A DNA stretch of 64,000 nucleotides, taken from positions 15,773 to 79,772 of the forward strand of contig JAZDHZ010000002.1 of assembly GCA_043805415.1 (NCBI GenBank). The letters are read 5' to 3'. The position numbers were made by a program, and so were the translations under genes. The notes beneath the pieces were generated by a model. The model did not search any database, was not told where the DNA came from, and saw only the letters and a program-made list of their open reading frames with translations. Below, one piece after another: positions 9,958 through 20,561 of the stretch; position 1 is the stretch's first letter; each line of letters opens with the position of its first letter. Source of the stretch: Candidatus Omnitrophota bacterium (GTDB taxonomy: Bacteria > Omnitrophota > Gorgyraeia > B26-G9).

Positions 9958-10227
9958 ATGACTAAGGTGAAAAATGATAAAGAAAAGATAATCAATGATT
10001 TTAAAGCGCATGCTAAAGACACTGGCTCTTCAACTGTGCAGATTGCTTTGCTGACTTCAAGAATAAATGAACTGACTGAGCATTTAAAAATGCACAAGAA
10101 AGATTATAGTTCTCGAGTTGGACTGCTGCAGCTTGTTTCTAAAAGAAGAAGGTTGTTGGATTATCTGAAAAAAGAGGATTTTAAGAAATATAAAGAGATT
10201 CTTGATAAACTCGGGTTAAGGAAATAA
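9958..10227 (+). CDS. rpsO: 30S ribosomal protein S15
   Basis: [15 protein letters not shown]...[17 protein letters not shown]; strong RBS; the listed ORF's earlier Met lacks an RBS. Confidence 0.9.
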   Translation: MTKVKNDKEKIINDFKAHAKDTGSSTVQIALLTSRINELTEHLKMHKKDYSSRVGLLQLVSKRRRLLDYLKKEDFKKYKEILDKLGLRK

Positions 10228-10281
10228 GGATGAGAAAATTATAAATAATAAAGAAGAGATGAGAAAAGAAAAGAGAAAATA

Positions 10282-12387
10282 ATGATAGACAAAATAGAAA
10301 CAAAATTAAGCGATGATCCAATTGTTATTGAATCAGGTAAATTAGCAAAACAGGCCAATGCTTCTGTAACAGTTACTTGTGGTGGTACTGTTGTTTTGGT
10401 TACTGCTGTAATGTCAAAAGAAGCAAAGGAAAATATCGATTTCTTACCGTTAACGGTTGAATATAAAGAAAAAACTTATGCTGCTGGAAAAATCCCTGGG
10501 GGTTTCTTTAAGCGGGAAGGCCGGTCTTCGGAAAAGGAAATATTGACATCAAGACTTATTGACCGTCCAATACGTCCTTTGTTCCCTAAAGGTTTTTATA
10601 ATGAAATCCAAATTTTTGCTATGGTTCTTTCTTGTGATGGGGTTAATGATCCGGATATTTTGTCAATAATCGGGGCTTCAACCGCGCTAACTATATCAGA
10701 TATCCCTTTTTCCGGGCCAATCGGCGCTGTGAAAATCGGCAGGATCAATAATCAGTTTATTGTTAATCCTACTTTTGAGCAGGTTAAAGAAAGTGATTTA
10801 GAAATAGTGATTGCCGGTAGTAAGAATGGGATTAATATGATTGAAAGCGGCGCTTATCAGGTAAGTGAAGAAGTTATGCTTGACGCGATGCAATTTGGTT
10901 ATGAAAAGCTGCTCGGGCTGATTGCGATTCAGGAACAGTTCGCGAAAAAATGCGGGAAACAAAAAGTGCGGATTGAATTCAAACAAACTCCAAAGGGTTT
11001 ATATGAAAAAGTAAAAGAATTATCTTTGGACAGATTAAATGAAGTTTATCAGATCGGCGCTAAAGAAGAAAGAATTGAGCAATTAGCAATTATTGCCAAT
11101 GATTTAGATCAGGCATTGGTTACCGATGAATCAGATTATAGCGGGCTAGAAGTCGCCACCATGCTCGGGAAAGTGGAAAAAGAGCAGGTGCGTAAGATGA
11201 TTCTGGAAAATAAAAAGCGGGTTGATGGACGCAGTTATACAGATATTCGTCCGATAACTTCGGAAGTATCTTTTTTGCCTCAAACCCATGGTTCAGCTGT
11301 TTTTACTCGCGGTCAGACCCAGAGTTTAGGTGTAGTTACTTTGGGCACAAGCGCTGATGAGCAAAGAATTGATGCTCTAGTCGGGGAATCAACCAAGACT
11401 TTTATGCTGCATTATAACTTCCCATCATTTAGTGTTGGCGAGGTTCGTCCGATTCGCGGACCAGGACGCAGAGAGATTGGTCATGGAGCTTTAGCTGAGC
11501 GCGCATTATCGCCGGTTATGCCTTCCAAGGAAAAATTTCCTTATACCGTACGGCTGGTATCTGAAATCCTAGAATCAAATGGTTCATCAAGTATGGCAAC
11601 TGTTTGCGCTGGAACTCTGGCTTTAATGGATGCCGGCGTACCGATTCTTAAACCAGTTTCTGGTATTGCCATGGGCTTGATTAAAGAAGGCAATGACGTC
11701 GCAGTACTGACGGATATTCTGGGACTTGAAGATCATTTAGGTGACATGGATTTTAAAGTTACCGGTACCCGCGATGGAGTTACCGCGATTCAGCTTGATT
11801 CGAAAATCGAAGGGATTAATATTGAAATCCTAAAAAAAGCATTAGCTCAGGCCAAAGAAGCAAGACTTTTTATCCTGGATAAAATTGAAGAAACTTTAGC
11901 GCAGCCGCGTTCCGATATATCTAAATACGCGCCGCGGATTACGGTAATAATGGTTCCGCAGGACAAGATAAAAGATATTATCGGCCCAGGGGGGAAGATT
12001 ATAAAACAGATAGTTGCTGATACTGGGGTGAAAATTGATATTGATGATGATGGCAGAGTATCGATCGCGTCCTCAGATTCTAAAGCCTCACAAAGAGCGA
12101 TTGATATTGTTCATGGTCTTATCGCCGAAGCTGAAGTAGGGAAAATCTATGAGGGAAAAATAACCCGACTGATGAATTTCGGTGCTTTTTGTGAAATCCT
12201 GCCGAATAAAGAAGGGCTGATTCATGTTTCCGAATTAGCGGACAGCTTTGTTAAAAATGTTGAAGATGTGGTAAAAGTCGGAGACAGGGTTAAAGTCAAA
12301 GTTATTGAAGTGGATAAAATGAAGCGGGTAAACCTGAGCATCAAACAGGCTATGCCAAAAAAAGAAAACCCAGCTTCAGCTGAGTAA
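10282..12387 (+). CDS. pnp: polynucleotide phosphorylase
   Basis: Two RNase PH domains, KH and S1 at the C-terminus; classical rpsO-pnp synteny. Confidence 0.95.
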   Translation: MIDKIETKLSDDPIVIESGKLAKQANASVTVTCGGTVVLVTAVMSKEAKENIDFLPLTVEYKEKTYAAGKIPGGFFKREGRSSEKEILTSRLIDRPIRPLFPKGFYNEIQIFAMVLSCDGVNDPDILSIIGASTALTISDIPFSGPIGAVKIGRINNQFIVNPTFEQVKESDLEIVIAGSKNGINMIESGAYQVSEEVMLDAMQFGYEKLLGLIAIQEQFAKKCGKQKVRIEFKQTPKGLYEKVKELSLDRLNEVYQIGAKEERIEQLAIIANDLDQALVTDESDYSGLEVATMLGKVEKEQVRKMILENKKRVDGRSYTDIRPITSEVSFLPQTHGSAVFTRGQTQSLGVVTLGTSADEQRIDALVGESTKTFMLHYNFPSFSVGEVRPIRGPGRREIGHGALAERALSPVMPSKEKFPYTVRLVSEILESNGSSSMATVCAGTLALMDAGVPILKPVSGIAMGLIKEGNDVAVLTDILGLEDHLGDMDFKVTGTRDGVTAIQLDSKIEGINIEILKKALAQAKEARLFILDKIEETLAQPRSDISKYAPRITVIMVPQDKIKDIIGPGGKIIKQIVADTGVKIDIDDDGRVSIASSDSKASQRAIDIVHGLIAEAEVGKIYEGKITRLMNFGAFCEILPNKEGLIHVSELADSFVKNVEDVVKVGDRVKVKVIEVDKMKRVNLSIKQAMPKKENPASAE

Positions 12388-12403
12388 GGATAATAATAAC
12401 TGT

Positions 12404-12853
12404 ATGGATACCATTTCAGTTAAAATAAAACAAAAAGAAAACTGTGCTGATTTGCCGCTGCCCGCTTATATGAGCAGCGGCTCAGCCGGCATGGATCTTT
12501 ATGCTGATGTCGATGGCGAAGTTACGCTTGAGCCTGGGCAAATAAAACTGATCTCCGCGGGTATTTATATTAGTTTGCCTGAGGGCTATGAAGCGCAAAT
12601 TAGACCACGCAGCGGCTTGGCAGTCAAACATGGTATTGGCATTGTTAATAGTCCTGGGACGATTGACGCGGATTATCGCGGTTTAATTAATATAATTATG
12701 ATTAATTTTGGGACAGAGCCTTATAAGATTAAACGAACAAGCCGCATAGCGCAAATGGTAATAAATAAAATTACCCAAGCGGAATTTGAAGTTGTTAATG
12801 AACTTGATCGAACTGTACGCAATACTGGGGGGTTCGGCCATACTGGAGTATAA
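12404..12853 (+). CDS. dut: dUTP diphosphatase
   Basis: [20 protein letters not shown] and GTIDADYRG motifs. Confidence 0.9.
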   Translation: MDTISVKIKQKENCADLPLPAYMSSGSAGMDLYADVDGEVTLEPGQIKLISAGIYISLPEGYEAQIRPRSGLAVKHGIGIVNSPGTIDADYRGLINIIMINFGTEPYKIKRTSRIAQMVINKITQAEFEVVNELDRTVRNTGGFGHTGV

Positions 12854-12856
12854 TCC

Positions 12857-15142
12857 ATGAGTGAAAAACAAGTCAGGGTAATGTGGGCGGTTATCCTTTT
12901 TGGAATTTGTGCTTTTTTATTGATCAGTTTTTTATCCTACGATCCATCAGATATTCTATTCAATACTTCAAGTCCTAATCTGCATCTAAAGAATTTTAGC
13001 GGTTATGCCGGCGCGTATCTTGTTTGGGGCTTGCTATTGGCTTTTGGCTGGGGAGCATATTTTATCCCGGCGCTTTTTTGTTTGTGGGCAATTGGGAAAA
13101 TAATGGGTCGGATAACCGAGAATTTCTACGCGAAATTCTTCGGTTTCTTTTTTGTTATTTGGTCTTTTTCCGCGATGATGAGCACGCTTACTTCTTCATA
13201 TAATGTCAGCCGGATGGCAACCGGAGGAGTTTTGGGATTTTACACTTCTTTAATGCTGACAAAGTATTTTGGCGAAGTAGGCACCATGATCATTCTGGGT
13301 ACTATTTTTATCCTGTCCTTATTATTAGCTACAGAGTTTCTTATTGTGCCGATTGTTTTGCAGGCTTCAAAAAGCTTACTGCAAATTTTTAGACTAGCTA
13401 GCTTATTTAAAAATAATAAGACCCTGCCAGCCAAACAATCTCGACCCGCTCGGATTAAAAGAAAAATTGAATCTGAATTTGCCGAAGAGGAAGAATACGA
13501 AGAAGATGACTCTGCGGAAATTGTTTCAGCTAAAAAGCGGAAAAAAAAGAAAAATCTACCGGCAAAAGAAGCAATGGTTAGTAAGTTTTTAAACTCAGTC
13601 ATCAAGAAAAAGCCGACAATAAAAGAAAAACCAAAAAAAGAAGTACCGCGAATTTTTGCCCAAAAATTTGTCGGCGATTATAAACTGCCGCCGCTTGATT
13701 TATTGCATAATCCGCCTCCGATAGAAGAAAGACTGATTAAAGATGATCTGGAAGGCAATTCAAGAATTCTGGAAGAAACTTTGCGTGATTTTAATATTGA
13801 GGTTAAAGTTACCGCTGTAGAGCAAGGACCGGTATTGACCCGATATGAACTTCAGCCGGCTCCGGGAGTAAAAATCAACCAAATTATGAATCTGGGAGAC
13901 GATATTGCTTTGAATTTAAAAGCGCCGAGTGTGCATATCGTCGCGCCGATTCCCGGCAAAGGAACAGTGGGCGTTGATGTTCCCAATATAAAAGCAACAC
14001 TGGTTTTCCTTAAGGAATTACTGGAAACTCCGGAATTTCAGGACTCAGTTTCTAAAGTTACGCTAGCTCTGGGCAAAGATATTTCCGGTAATCCGCTGGT
14101 TGCTGATTTAGCGGCCATGCCGCATTTGATGATTGCCGGCACTACTGGCGCGGGAAAAACAGTATGTGTGAATATATTGATCATGAGTATATTGTTTCAA
14201 GCCAGTCCGGAAGAAGTAAAATTAATTTTGGTTGATCCGAAAATGGTTGAAATGGCAATGTATAATGGCTTGCCGCATTTGATTTGTCCGGTTATTAATG
14301 ATGTTAAAAAAGCAGCCGGGGCTCTTGAATGGGCAGTTTCGGAAATGGAAGACCGCTATAAATTATTGGCTAAGGTAGGCGCTAGAAATATCGCGGGTTA
14401 TAATCAAAAATTAAAAGACGGACTCAAGGAAATAACTGATGGCGACAAAATAATTCCTTTGGCCTTGATGCCTTATATTGTGATCATTATTGATGAATTA
14501 GCGGATATGATGCTGCTTAGCCCTAAAGAGGTAGAAGCATCGATTACGCGTTTAGCGCAGCTTTCAAGAGCGATTGGAATTCATTTAGTTTTAGCTACCC
14601 AACGTCCTTCAGTCGATGTTATCACCGGGCTGATTAAAGCTAATTTTCCCGCAAGAATTTCGTTTCGCGTTGCCAGCAAGATAGACTCAAGAACTGTTTT
14701 GGATATGAACGGAGCGGATAAACTTCTGGGTAAAGGAGATTTGCTTTTCCTGAAACCTGGAAATTTTAAATTAATCCGCGCTCAGTCAGCGCTGGTTAAT
14801 GATGATGAAATCGAAAAAACCGTGAATTTCTGTAAACAACAGCGTACGGCAGTTTATTCCGATGAAATTTTAAAAGACCCGGTAAAAATGTTTGCCAGTT
14901 CCGGTAAGCATAAAAAAGATGCTTTGTTTGAAGAAGCGGCAAAGTTAGTCATTAATTCCCAACAAGCTTCGGTTTCCATGCTGCAGCGGAGGCTTAGATT
15001 GGGATATTCAAGAGCAGCGCGTTTAATTGATATGATGGAAGAAGAAGGCATTGTCGGCGCTTTTCGCGGATCAAAAGCCAGGGAAATATTAGTCGATAGC
15101 TGGGATGATATTGCTTTGTCCATGCAGGAAAATGAAGAATAA
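12857..15142 (+). CDS. ftsK: DNA translocase FtsK/SpoIIIE
   Basis: N-terminal TM segments, linker, Walker A GTTGAGKT; C-terminal gamma-like domain. Confidence 0.9.
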   Translation: MSEKQVRVMWAVILFGICAFLLISFLSYDPSDILFNTSSPNLHLKNFSGYAGAYLVWGLLLAFGWGAYFIPALFCLWAIGKIMGRITENFYAKFFGFFFVIWSFSAMMSTLTSSYNVSRMATGGVLGFYTSLMLTKYFGEVGTMIILGTIFILSLLLATEFLIVPIVLQASKSLLQIFRLASLFKNNKTLPAKQSRPARIKRKIESEFAEEEEYEEDDSAEIVSAKKRKKKKNLPAKEAMVSKFLNSVIKKKPTIKEKPKKEVPRIFAQKFVGDYKLPPLDLLHNPPPIEERLIKDDLEGNSRILEETLRDFNIEVKVTAVEQGPVLTRYELQPAPGVKINQIMNLGDDIALNLKAPSVHIVAPIPGKGTVGVDVPNIKATLVFLKELLETPEFQDSVSKVTLALGKDISGNPLVADLAAMPHLMIAGTTGAGKTVCVNILIMSILFQASPEEVKLILVDPKMVEMAMYNGLPHLICPVINDVKKAAGALEWAVSEMEDRYKLLAKVGARNIAGYNQKLKDGLKEITDGDKIIPLALMPYIVIIIDELADMMLLSPKEVEASITRLAQLSRAIGIHLVLATQRPSVDVITGLIKANFPARISFRVASKIDSRTVLDMNGADKLLGKGDLLFLKPGNFKLIRAQSALVNDDEIEKTVNFCKQQRTAVYSDEILKDPVKMFASSGKHKKDALFEEAAKLVINSQQASVSMLQRRLRLGYSRAARLIDMMEEEGIVGAFRGSKAREILVDSWDDIALSMQENEE

Positions 15143-15172
15143 AATAATATGAAGCAACTAGATAATTTAAAT

Positions 15173-15202
15173 GGCCGAGAGAAGGTTCTCGGTCTTTAAT
15201 TT
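15173..15202 (+). terminator. Rho-independent terminator after ftsK (8-bp stem GGCCGAGA/TCTCGGTC + TTTAATTT)
   Basis: Hairpin followed by a T-rich tract immediately after the ftsK stop. Confidence 0.5.
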
Positions 15203-15278
15203 GTGTGAGTTTACGAGTTATTGAGTTGACGCACTAACCGCTGTGCAAACGGCTAGTTCTATTCCTAAAAGGTTTAAA

Positions 15279-16595
15279 ATGAAGGTAGCGCTTATTAGTT
15301 TAGGTTGCTCTAAAAATCTGGTTGATTCTGAGATCATGCTGGGTTTTCTTAAAAAAGCGGGATTTACGATTAAGGATGACCCGAATGGGGTTGATGTGGC
15401 GATTGTAAATACTTGCGCTTTTATTAATGATGCTAAACAAGAAGCAATTGATGAAATACTCGCTTTAGTTGAATTGAAAAAGAAAAAGAGGCTGAAAAAA
15501 ATTATTGTTGCCGGGTGTCTGCCGCAAAGATACAGTCAGGATTTGCCGGAATTATTAAAAGAAGTTGATGGTTTTATCGGACCGGGAAGCATTGATAAAA
15601 TTGTTAATGTGGTTAAAACTATTAAACAGAACAAGTGCGCATCTATTGCTCAAGAAAACCACTACCTATATAAACATACAACTCCGCGGCTGTCTTTGAC
15701 TCCCAAACATTATGCTTATGTTAAAATTGCTGATGGCTGTGACAATCGCTGCAGTTATTGTGTTATTCCTCAAATTCGGGGCGCTTACCGCTCGCGAACC
15801 ATTGAATCGATTGTAGCCGAAGCCAAAGCTTTGGTTAAAAAAGGGGTAAAAGAGATTAATTTAATCAGTCAGGATTCAACTTTTTATGGACAGGATATAT
15901 ATAAAAAATTTAGTCTTGATTTGCTGTTAAAGCAGCTGGTTAAAATAAAAGATTTATTTTGGATAAGAATTTTATATTCCCATCCATTGCATTTTAATAA
16001 ATCGTTGCTGAAGATCATAAGAGACGAACCTAAAATTTGTAAGTATATAGACTTGCCCATCCAACATATAAATGATAAGATGCTGAAATTAATGGGACGC
16101 AAGGTGACAAAAGCGCGGATTAAGCTTTTGCTTCAGGATATCCGGACTGCGCTTCCGGATGTTGCTTTGCGCACTTCATTGATCGTGGGTTTTCCCCAGG
16201 AAACAGAAGCTGATTTTAAGGAATTATATGATTTTGTCAAAACTGCTCAGTTTGAACGCTTAGGAGTTTTTACTTATTCGCAAGAAGAGAATACAGTTGC
16301 CGCGGAATTAAAGGGACAAATTCCTCAGCTAATAAAGCAAAGCAGATTAAAAAAAATAATGACTTTGCAGCAAAAAATTGTAGAGGAAAAACACAATGCG
16401 CTTATTGGCCGAGAAATCGATGTTTTAATTGAAACTGTTTTGGAAAAAGGTCTTGCCTCCGGACGCAGTCAATTTGATGCTCCGGATGTGGATGGATTGA
16501 TTTATGTGAAAGGTAAAAAAATAAAAGTAGGAGATATGCTGAAAGTTAAAATCACGGATAATATGGTTTATGATCTGATTGGGGACAAACGATGA
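15279..16595 (+). CDS. rimO: ribosomal protein S12 methylthiotransferase RimO
   Basis: MKVALISLGCSKNLVDSE N-terminus; radical SAM CDNRCSYC; C-terminal TRAM. Confidence 0.85.
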   Translation: MKVALISLGCSKNLVDSEIMLGFLKKAGFTIKDDPNGVDVAIVNTCAFINDAKQEAIDEILALVELKKKKRLKKIIVAGCLPQRYSQDLPELLKEVDGFIGPGSIDKIVNVVKTIKQNKCASIAQENHYLYKHTTPRLSLTPKHYAYVKIADGCDNRCSYCVIPQIRGAYRSRTIESIVAEAKALVKKGVKEINLISQDSTFYGQDIYKKFSLDLLLKQLVKIKDLFWIRILYSHPLHFNKSLLKIIRDEPKICKYIDLPIQHINDKMLKLMGRKVTKARIKLLLQDIRTALPDVALRTSLIVGFPQETEADFKELYDFVKTAQFERLGVFTYSQEENTVAAELKGQIPQLIKQSRLKKIMTLQQKIVEEKHNALIGREIDVLIETVLEKGLASGRSQFDAPDVDGLIYVKGKKIKVGDMLKVKITDNMVYDLIGDKR

Positions 16596-17170
16596 ATTTG
16601 CCGAATAAATTAACAGTATTGCGGATTGTATTGAGTTTTTTCTTCATGTTTTTTATTTTTTCAAACGGGCTTATGTTCAAAGCATTGGCTTTTGCTGTTT
16701 TTACGCTCGCGGCAATAACTGATTTTCTTGACGGATATATTGCCCGTAAATATAATTTAATCACTGATTTGGGCAAGCTGCTTGACCCCATAGCAGATAA
16801 AATTTTGGTTTTGACTGCTTTTCTAGCTTTTGTCCATATGCGGATTATTGCTGTCTGGATGGTGCTAATAATAATATTCCGTGAATTATTAATTACCGGA
16901 ATAAGGATGATTTTAGCCAGAAAAGGCAGAGTTATTGCCGCTTCAGTATGGGGCAAATATAAGACTGTTGCTCAGATAATTTCGATTTTTGTTATTTTGA
17001 GCTTTATTGTTTTAAAAGAACTTGGGGTTAATAAATACAATTTTTGGGATCACCGTATGGAAACTATATCCAGAACAAGTATAAATCTGCTGATGTATAT
17101 TACGATCATATTGACCTTGATATCCGGAATAACTTATCTTACGGCAAATAAAAATGCATTCAAGAGCTGA
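16592..17170 (+). CDS. pgsA: CDP-diacylglycerol--glycerol-3-phosphate 3-phosphatidyltransferase
   Basis: CDP-alcohol phosphatidyltransferase motif DFLDGYIAR...G...DPIADK. Confidence 0.85.
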   Translation: MNLPNKLTVLRIVLSFFFMFFIFSNGLMFKALAFAVFTLAAITDFLDGYIARKYNLITDLGKLLDPIADKILVLTAFLAFVHMRIIAVWMVLIIIFRELLITGIRMILARKGRVIAASVWGKYKTVAQIISIFVILSFIVLKELGVNKYNFWDHRMETISRTSINLLMYITIILTLISGITYLTANKNAFKS

Positions 17171-17183
17171 AAAACTTATTAAA

Positions 17184-17621
17184 ATGATAGTAACTTTTTT
17201 TTACCTTGGATATGTTCCGTATATGCCGGGAACATTTGGGGCTTTAGCCGGAGTTATAATTTTTCTTTTTCTGGGCAGCAGCAGTTTTATTTATGTTCTA
17301 ACTACCATTCTAATTACGCTTATTGGGTTTATTTTTTGTGGTTCTGGAGAAAAAGTGTTTTTCCAAAAAGATCCTTCTTGTATTATTATTGATGAAGTAA
17401 GCGGGATGCTTGTCTGCTATTGTTTTCTGCCAATTACTTTATTTAATGTTATTGCCGGCTTTATTCTGTTTAGAATATTTGATATTTTCAAGCCGTTTTA
17501 TATAAAACGCGTGGAAAAGATTAAAGGCAGCGCGGGCATAATGCTTGATGATCTGTTTGCTGCCGGTTATGTGGTGATCCTGTTGCAAATTATTCAGGCT
17601 TGCCGCAGATTGCTGACTTAA
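17184..17621 (+). CDS. pgpA: phosphatidylglycerophosphatase A
   Basis: PGTFGALAG and IIIDEV motifs; start placed at the Met after the pgsA stop, though the listed ORF begins at 17154. Confidence 0.75.
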   Translation: MIVTFFYLGYVPYMPGTFGALAGVIIFLFLGSSSFIYVLTTILITLIGFIFCGSGEKVFFQKDPSCIIIDEVSGMLVCYCFLPITLFNVIAGFILFRIFDIFKPFYIKRVEKIKGSAGIMLDDLFAAGYVVILLQIIQACRRLLT

Positions 17622-17638
17622 TAAATCAGCAAAAACGT

Positions 17639-18211
17639 TTAAATCTTGCCTAATTGTACTTCGGAAATTTTAGTGTAAATAGCTCCCTTAGGGGTAGTCT
17701 CGCTTTTATAGAGAATAAGTTTGCTTATCTCTTCGCTGGCAATGCGCAGTTTTATCTTATCAATCATCTCAGCCAGCTCAGATTTATTTTTAATTGATTT
17801 TATCCGAGCTAAAGTAATATGCGGATGAAAGTGCTTATCTTCGTATTTAAGCTTCATTGAGCTTAATTCATTTGAAACTAAAGTGTTAATTTGAGTTACT
17901 TGGCTGTATCCGCTGCCTATTCCAGCCCAAAGAATATGAGGATCAGAGATATAAGGGAATACCCCCAAAACGCTTAGAGAAATGGGAAAACTCTTTAATT
18001 TTTTGGCAATTTTTTCGTTTATTTGCACAATAATATTTACTTGCTCCTGGGTAATATCACCCAGGAATCGGATACTGATGTGTAGATTCTCAGGTCGTAT
18101 CCAAGCGATTTCGCCTGGGAGCTGCATGAGTTGTTTTTGAATTTCTTTAAGTTCCTCTTGCAGTTCCGAGCTTATTTCTAGGGCTATAAATGCGCGGATT
18201 TCTTTTTGCAT
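17639..18211 (-). CDS. thpR: RNA 2',3'-cyclic phosphodiesterase (2H family, ThpR/LigT-like)
   Basis: Two H-x-[ST]-x motifs: LHISIRFLG and HPHITLARI. Confidence 0.8.
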   Translation of the reverse strand: MQKEIRAFIALEISSELQEELKEIQKQLMQLPGEIAWIRPENLHISIRFLGDITQEQVNIIVQINEKIAKKLKSFPISLSVLGVFPYISDPHILWAGIGSGYSQVTQINTLVSNELSSMKLKYEDKHFHPHITLARIKSIKNKSELAEMIDKIKLRIASEEISKLILYKSETTPKGAIYTKISEVQLGKI

Positions 18212-18359
18212 AAAACTTATTATAGTGCAGATTGAAATTTAAGGCAAGTAAATTCAGCTTTAATCCGCGTATTTACGAAAGTTTTGACTTGAAAAAAAAG
18301 CATCTCCGCAGTAATATAAGAATGTATAGAAGTAATTTGTATAACTTTGGAGATATAAA

Positions 18360-18728
18360 ATGTTTAGGGTTAAAGTGGATTCTTTGTCTAATCTCATTTC
18401 TCTGCGTTTTTCTGGAGAATTTGACGCTGGACAAGGAAAGGCTTTATCGGCTTTATTTGCTGAACAGCTTAATAAGCTTAAGCCTGGTTTTAAACTGTTA
18501 ACCGATCTTTCAAAACTAACAAGCATGGAAGTAGAAGCGTATAAAAGTATATATAATATAATGGATTTATCTAATAGAAAAGGGGTTGCTCAGGTAGTGC
18601 GGGTACTTGCTAATAAGGATTTAGATATTGGTTTTAATATAATGTCTTTATTCCATTATTCTAAAAGCGTTGAGATTCAAACTTGTTCTACCCTTAAGGA
18701 AGCTAAAACAATTGTCAGGAGGAAATAA
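18360..18728 (+). CDS. hypothetical protein, STAS/SpoIIAA-like pattern
   Basis: ISLRFSGEFDAGQGKAL ... LLTDLSKLTSME ... NIMSLF ... LKEAKTIV matches the anti-sigma-factor-antagonist fold pattern. Confidence 0.4.
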   Translation: MFRVKVDSLSNLISLRFSGEFDAGQGKALSALFAEQLNKLKPGFKLLTDLSKLTSMEVEAYKSIYNIMDLSNRKGVAQVVRVLANKDLDIGFNIMSLFHYSKSVEIQTCSTLKEAKTIVRRK

Positions 18729-19085
18729 ATGGCGTCGCTTAATATGGAAGGTCCTTACTTGCTTGTGCCAGATAAGATTGATGAAGTTGTTTCGGGGATG
18801 AACCCAGGAGCATTTGCTTTAGGCTATATTTCTGATGCTAATTTTGTCGTGGTTTATGTCGGACGTTCGGATAAAAATTTAAATGAGGAACTTAAACAAT
18901 GGGTTTACCGAAAGAGTGATTGCCTGTTTTTCAAGTATTACTTTTCCAAAACTGCGCGGGATGCATTTGAAAAAGAGTGCATTTGTTATCATGATTTTGG
19001 CGAAATAAAGCTTAAGTGTGAGCAGCATCCGCAGCGAACTGAGGGTGCGGATTGGAAATGTCCCAGATGTGATATTTATCAATAA
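18729..19085 (+). CDS. hypothetical protein with C-terminal Cys/His zinc-ribbon; weak GIY-YIG-like N-terminal signature
   Basis: GAF-(11)-VYVGRSDKNL resembles GIY-YIG but lacks the canonical Arg; CICYHDF...CEQHP...CPRCD; start abuts the previous stop. Confidence 0.35.
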   Translation: MASLNMEGPYLLVPDKIDEVVSGMNPGAFALGYISDANFVVVYVGRSDKNLNEELKQWVYRKSDCLFFKYYFSKTARDAFEKECICYHDFGEIKLKCEQHPQRTEGADWKCPRCDIYQ

Positions 19086-19171
19086 TTATTTGAATAATAA
19101 GTAGGGATGTTTCTGGCTTTATTTAAAACTAAAGTTTTAAGACAGGTTTAAGCGGAAAATAGAAAAAGAAA

Positions 19172-19654
19172 ATGTCAAATAAAAACCAAGATGAATATTT
19201 CATGAAAAAAGCGATAAACTGCGCCAAGCAAGGAGTGAGTAAAGGACAAACTCCTTTTGGGGCTTGTATTGTAAAAGATGAGAAAGTTGTATCTTTGGCG
19301 CATAATCAAGTTTGGGCAAATAATGATATTACGGCACACGCAGAGATTATGGCTATCCGCGCTGCTTGTAAAAAACTAAAATCTATTAGCCTTAAAGGGG
19401 CAATGATTTATTCAACCTGTGAGCCTTGTCCAATGTGTTTCGCGGCAGTTCATTGGTCAGGAATTTCAACTATTGTTTATGGCGCGGGAATTAAAGATGC
19501 AAAAAAAATCGGTTTTAATGAATTAGCGATTTCAAATCTAAAACTAAAGAAAATTGGCGCAAGTAATATTAAACTAGTTAAAAATATTTTGTTAAAAGAA
19601 AATCTTGAGCTATTTAAATTCTGGGTTGGTTTATCTGAAAATAAGGTCTATTAA
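19172..19654 (+). CDS. CDA-fold zinc deaminase (TadA/GuaD type)
   Basis: HAEIMAIRAAC and CEPCPMC zinc motifs; by recall, overall alignment to Bacillus GuaD and to TadA. Confidence 0.8.
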   Translation: MSNKNQDEYFMKKAINCAKQGVSKGQTPFGACIVKDEKVVSLAHNQVWANNDITAHAEIMAIRAACKKLKSISLKGAMIYSTCEPCPMCFAAVHWSGISTIVYGAGIKDAKKIGFNELAISNLKLKKIGASNIKLVKNILLKENLELFKFWVGLSENKVY

Positions 19655-19666
19655 TAAGGAGTTTTT

Positions 19667-20338
19667 GTGAGATTTAAAATACAGCTGATAAAGAGCTTTT
19701 GTCTGGTGAGTTTTCTTGGTCTTGTTTTTACGCTGAATGTTTTTGCTGGTTTGAGTGAGGCGGAGCGCGATGAGCTGCAGCGGTTACAGGTTTTAGTGGA
19801 AAAGAATGCGGAAATCTCAGAAGGGCAAATGCAAAGATGGGAAGAGCTGCTGTTAAAAGATCCGGATAATCTGAAAAAAATCCGGCAAAAGGAAATCAAT
19901 AAATGGGCTGATTCGCTTAGGGCCCAAGGTAAAGAAGTTGATCAAGTCAGTATTGATCGGCAATCCGAAGCTCAGTGGCAGGATTTCTTAAAAGAAAAAG
20001 ATAAAAAGTTAATGGCTTTAAATGAAAATAATATGGTCCTGCTTTTAGGTCAAATCCGCGATGCTTGCCGTATTCTAAACCAGAAAGAAGAGGCTTATCC
20101 CGCGGATTTAAATACGCTGATGCTTAATAATCAAACAATTATCGAGCCGGCTTTAGAAATAAAACTAAAAAAAATATATTCTATTCGTTATGAAAAAACT
20201 TATGACAGTTACCGCGTCTTCGCATTTCCTCTGGATGCGGAGAATAAAGGGAATAAAAAATTTTTACTGGATAAGGATATTATATATTTCACATTAGACG
20301 GATCTACTCCCACGCTTCAGAGCAATAGGATACTTTAA
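19667..20338 (+). CDS. hypothetical secreted coiled-coil protein
   Basis: GTG start 7 nt after aaggag; signal peptide LVSFLGLVFTLNVFAG; charged helical region. Confidence 0.5.
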   Translation: MRFKIQLIKSFCLVSFLGLVFTLNVFAGLSEAERDELQRLQVLVEKNAEISEGQMQRWEELLLKDPDNLKKIRQKEINKWADSLRAQGKEVDQVSIDRQSEAQWQDFLKEKDKKLMALNENNMVLLLGQIRDACRILNQKEEAYPADLNTLMLNNQTIIEPALEIKLKKIYSIRYEKTYDSYRVFAFPLDAENKGNKKFLLDKDIIYFTLDGSTPTLQSNRIL

Positions 20339-20488
20339 GTTATAATTAAATTTTCTTACCGGTGATATCAATCTCTAGCAACTGCCTGTCTGCTTTCTGA
20401 ATATCTTTTTAAAAATATGCTGAATTATGCAAAACCGGTATTTCCTAAATCCCCTTAAAATGCAGGTTATTTGTATTGATTGCCTACC

Positions 20489-20516
20489 TTGCGTTTTTTC
20501 GATTATATGGTATACT
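20489..20516 (+). promoter_or_regulatory. sigma70-like promoter (TTGCGT - 16 nt - TGgTATACT) for the 664-aa gene
   Basis: Located in the 220-bp gap upstream of RBS aaggag. Confidence 0.35.
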
Positions 20517-20561
20517 TTTTAAAATTTGCGCAATAAGCGTATTTAATATAAGGAGAATAAT

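Noticed and set aside
18232-18526. Overlapping 89-aa (+) and 88-aa (-) ORFs
   Set aside because: They sit in the divergent thpR/STAS promoter region and overlap each other and the STAS-like gene start. They have low-complexity products and no RBS.
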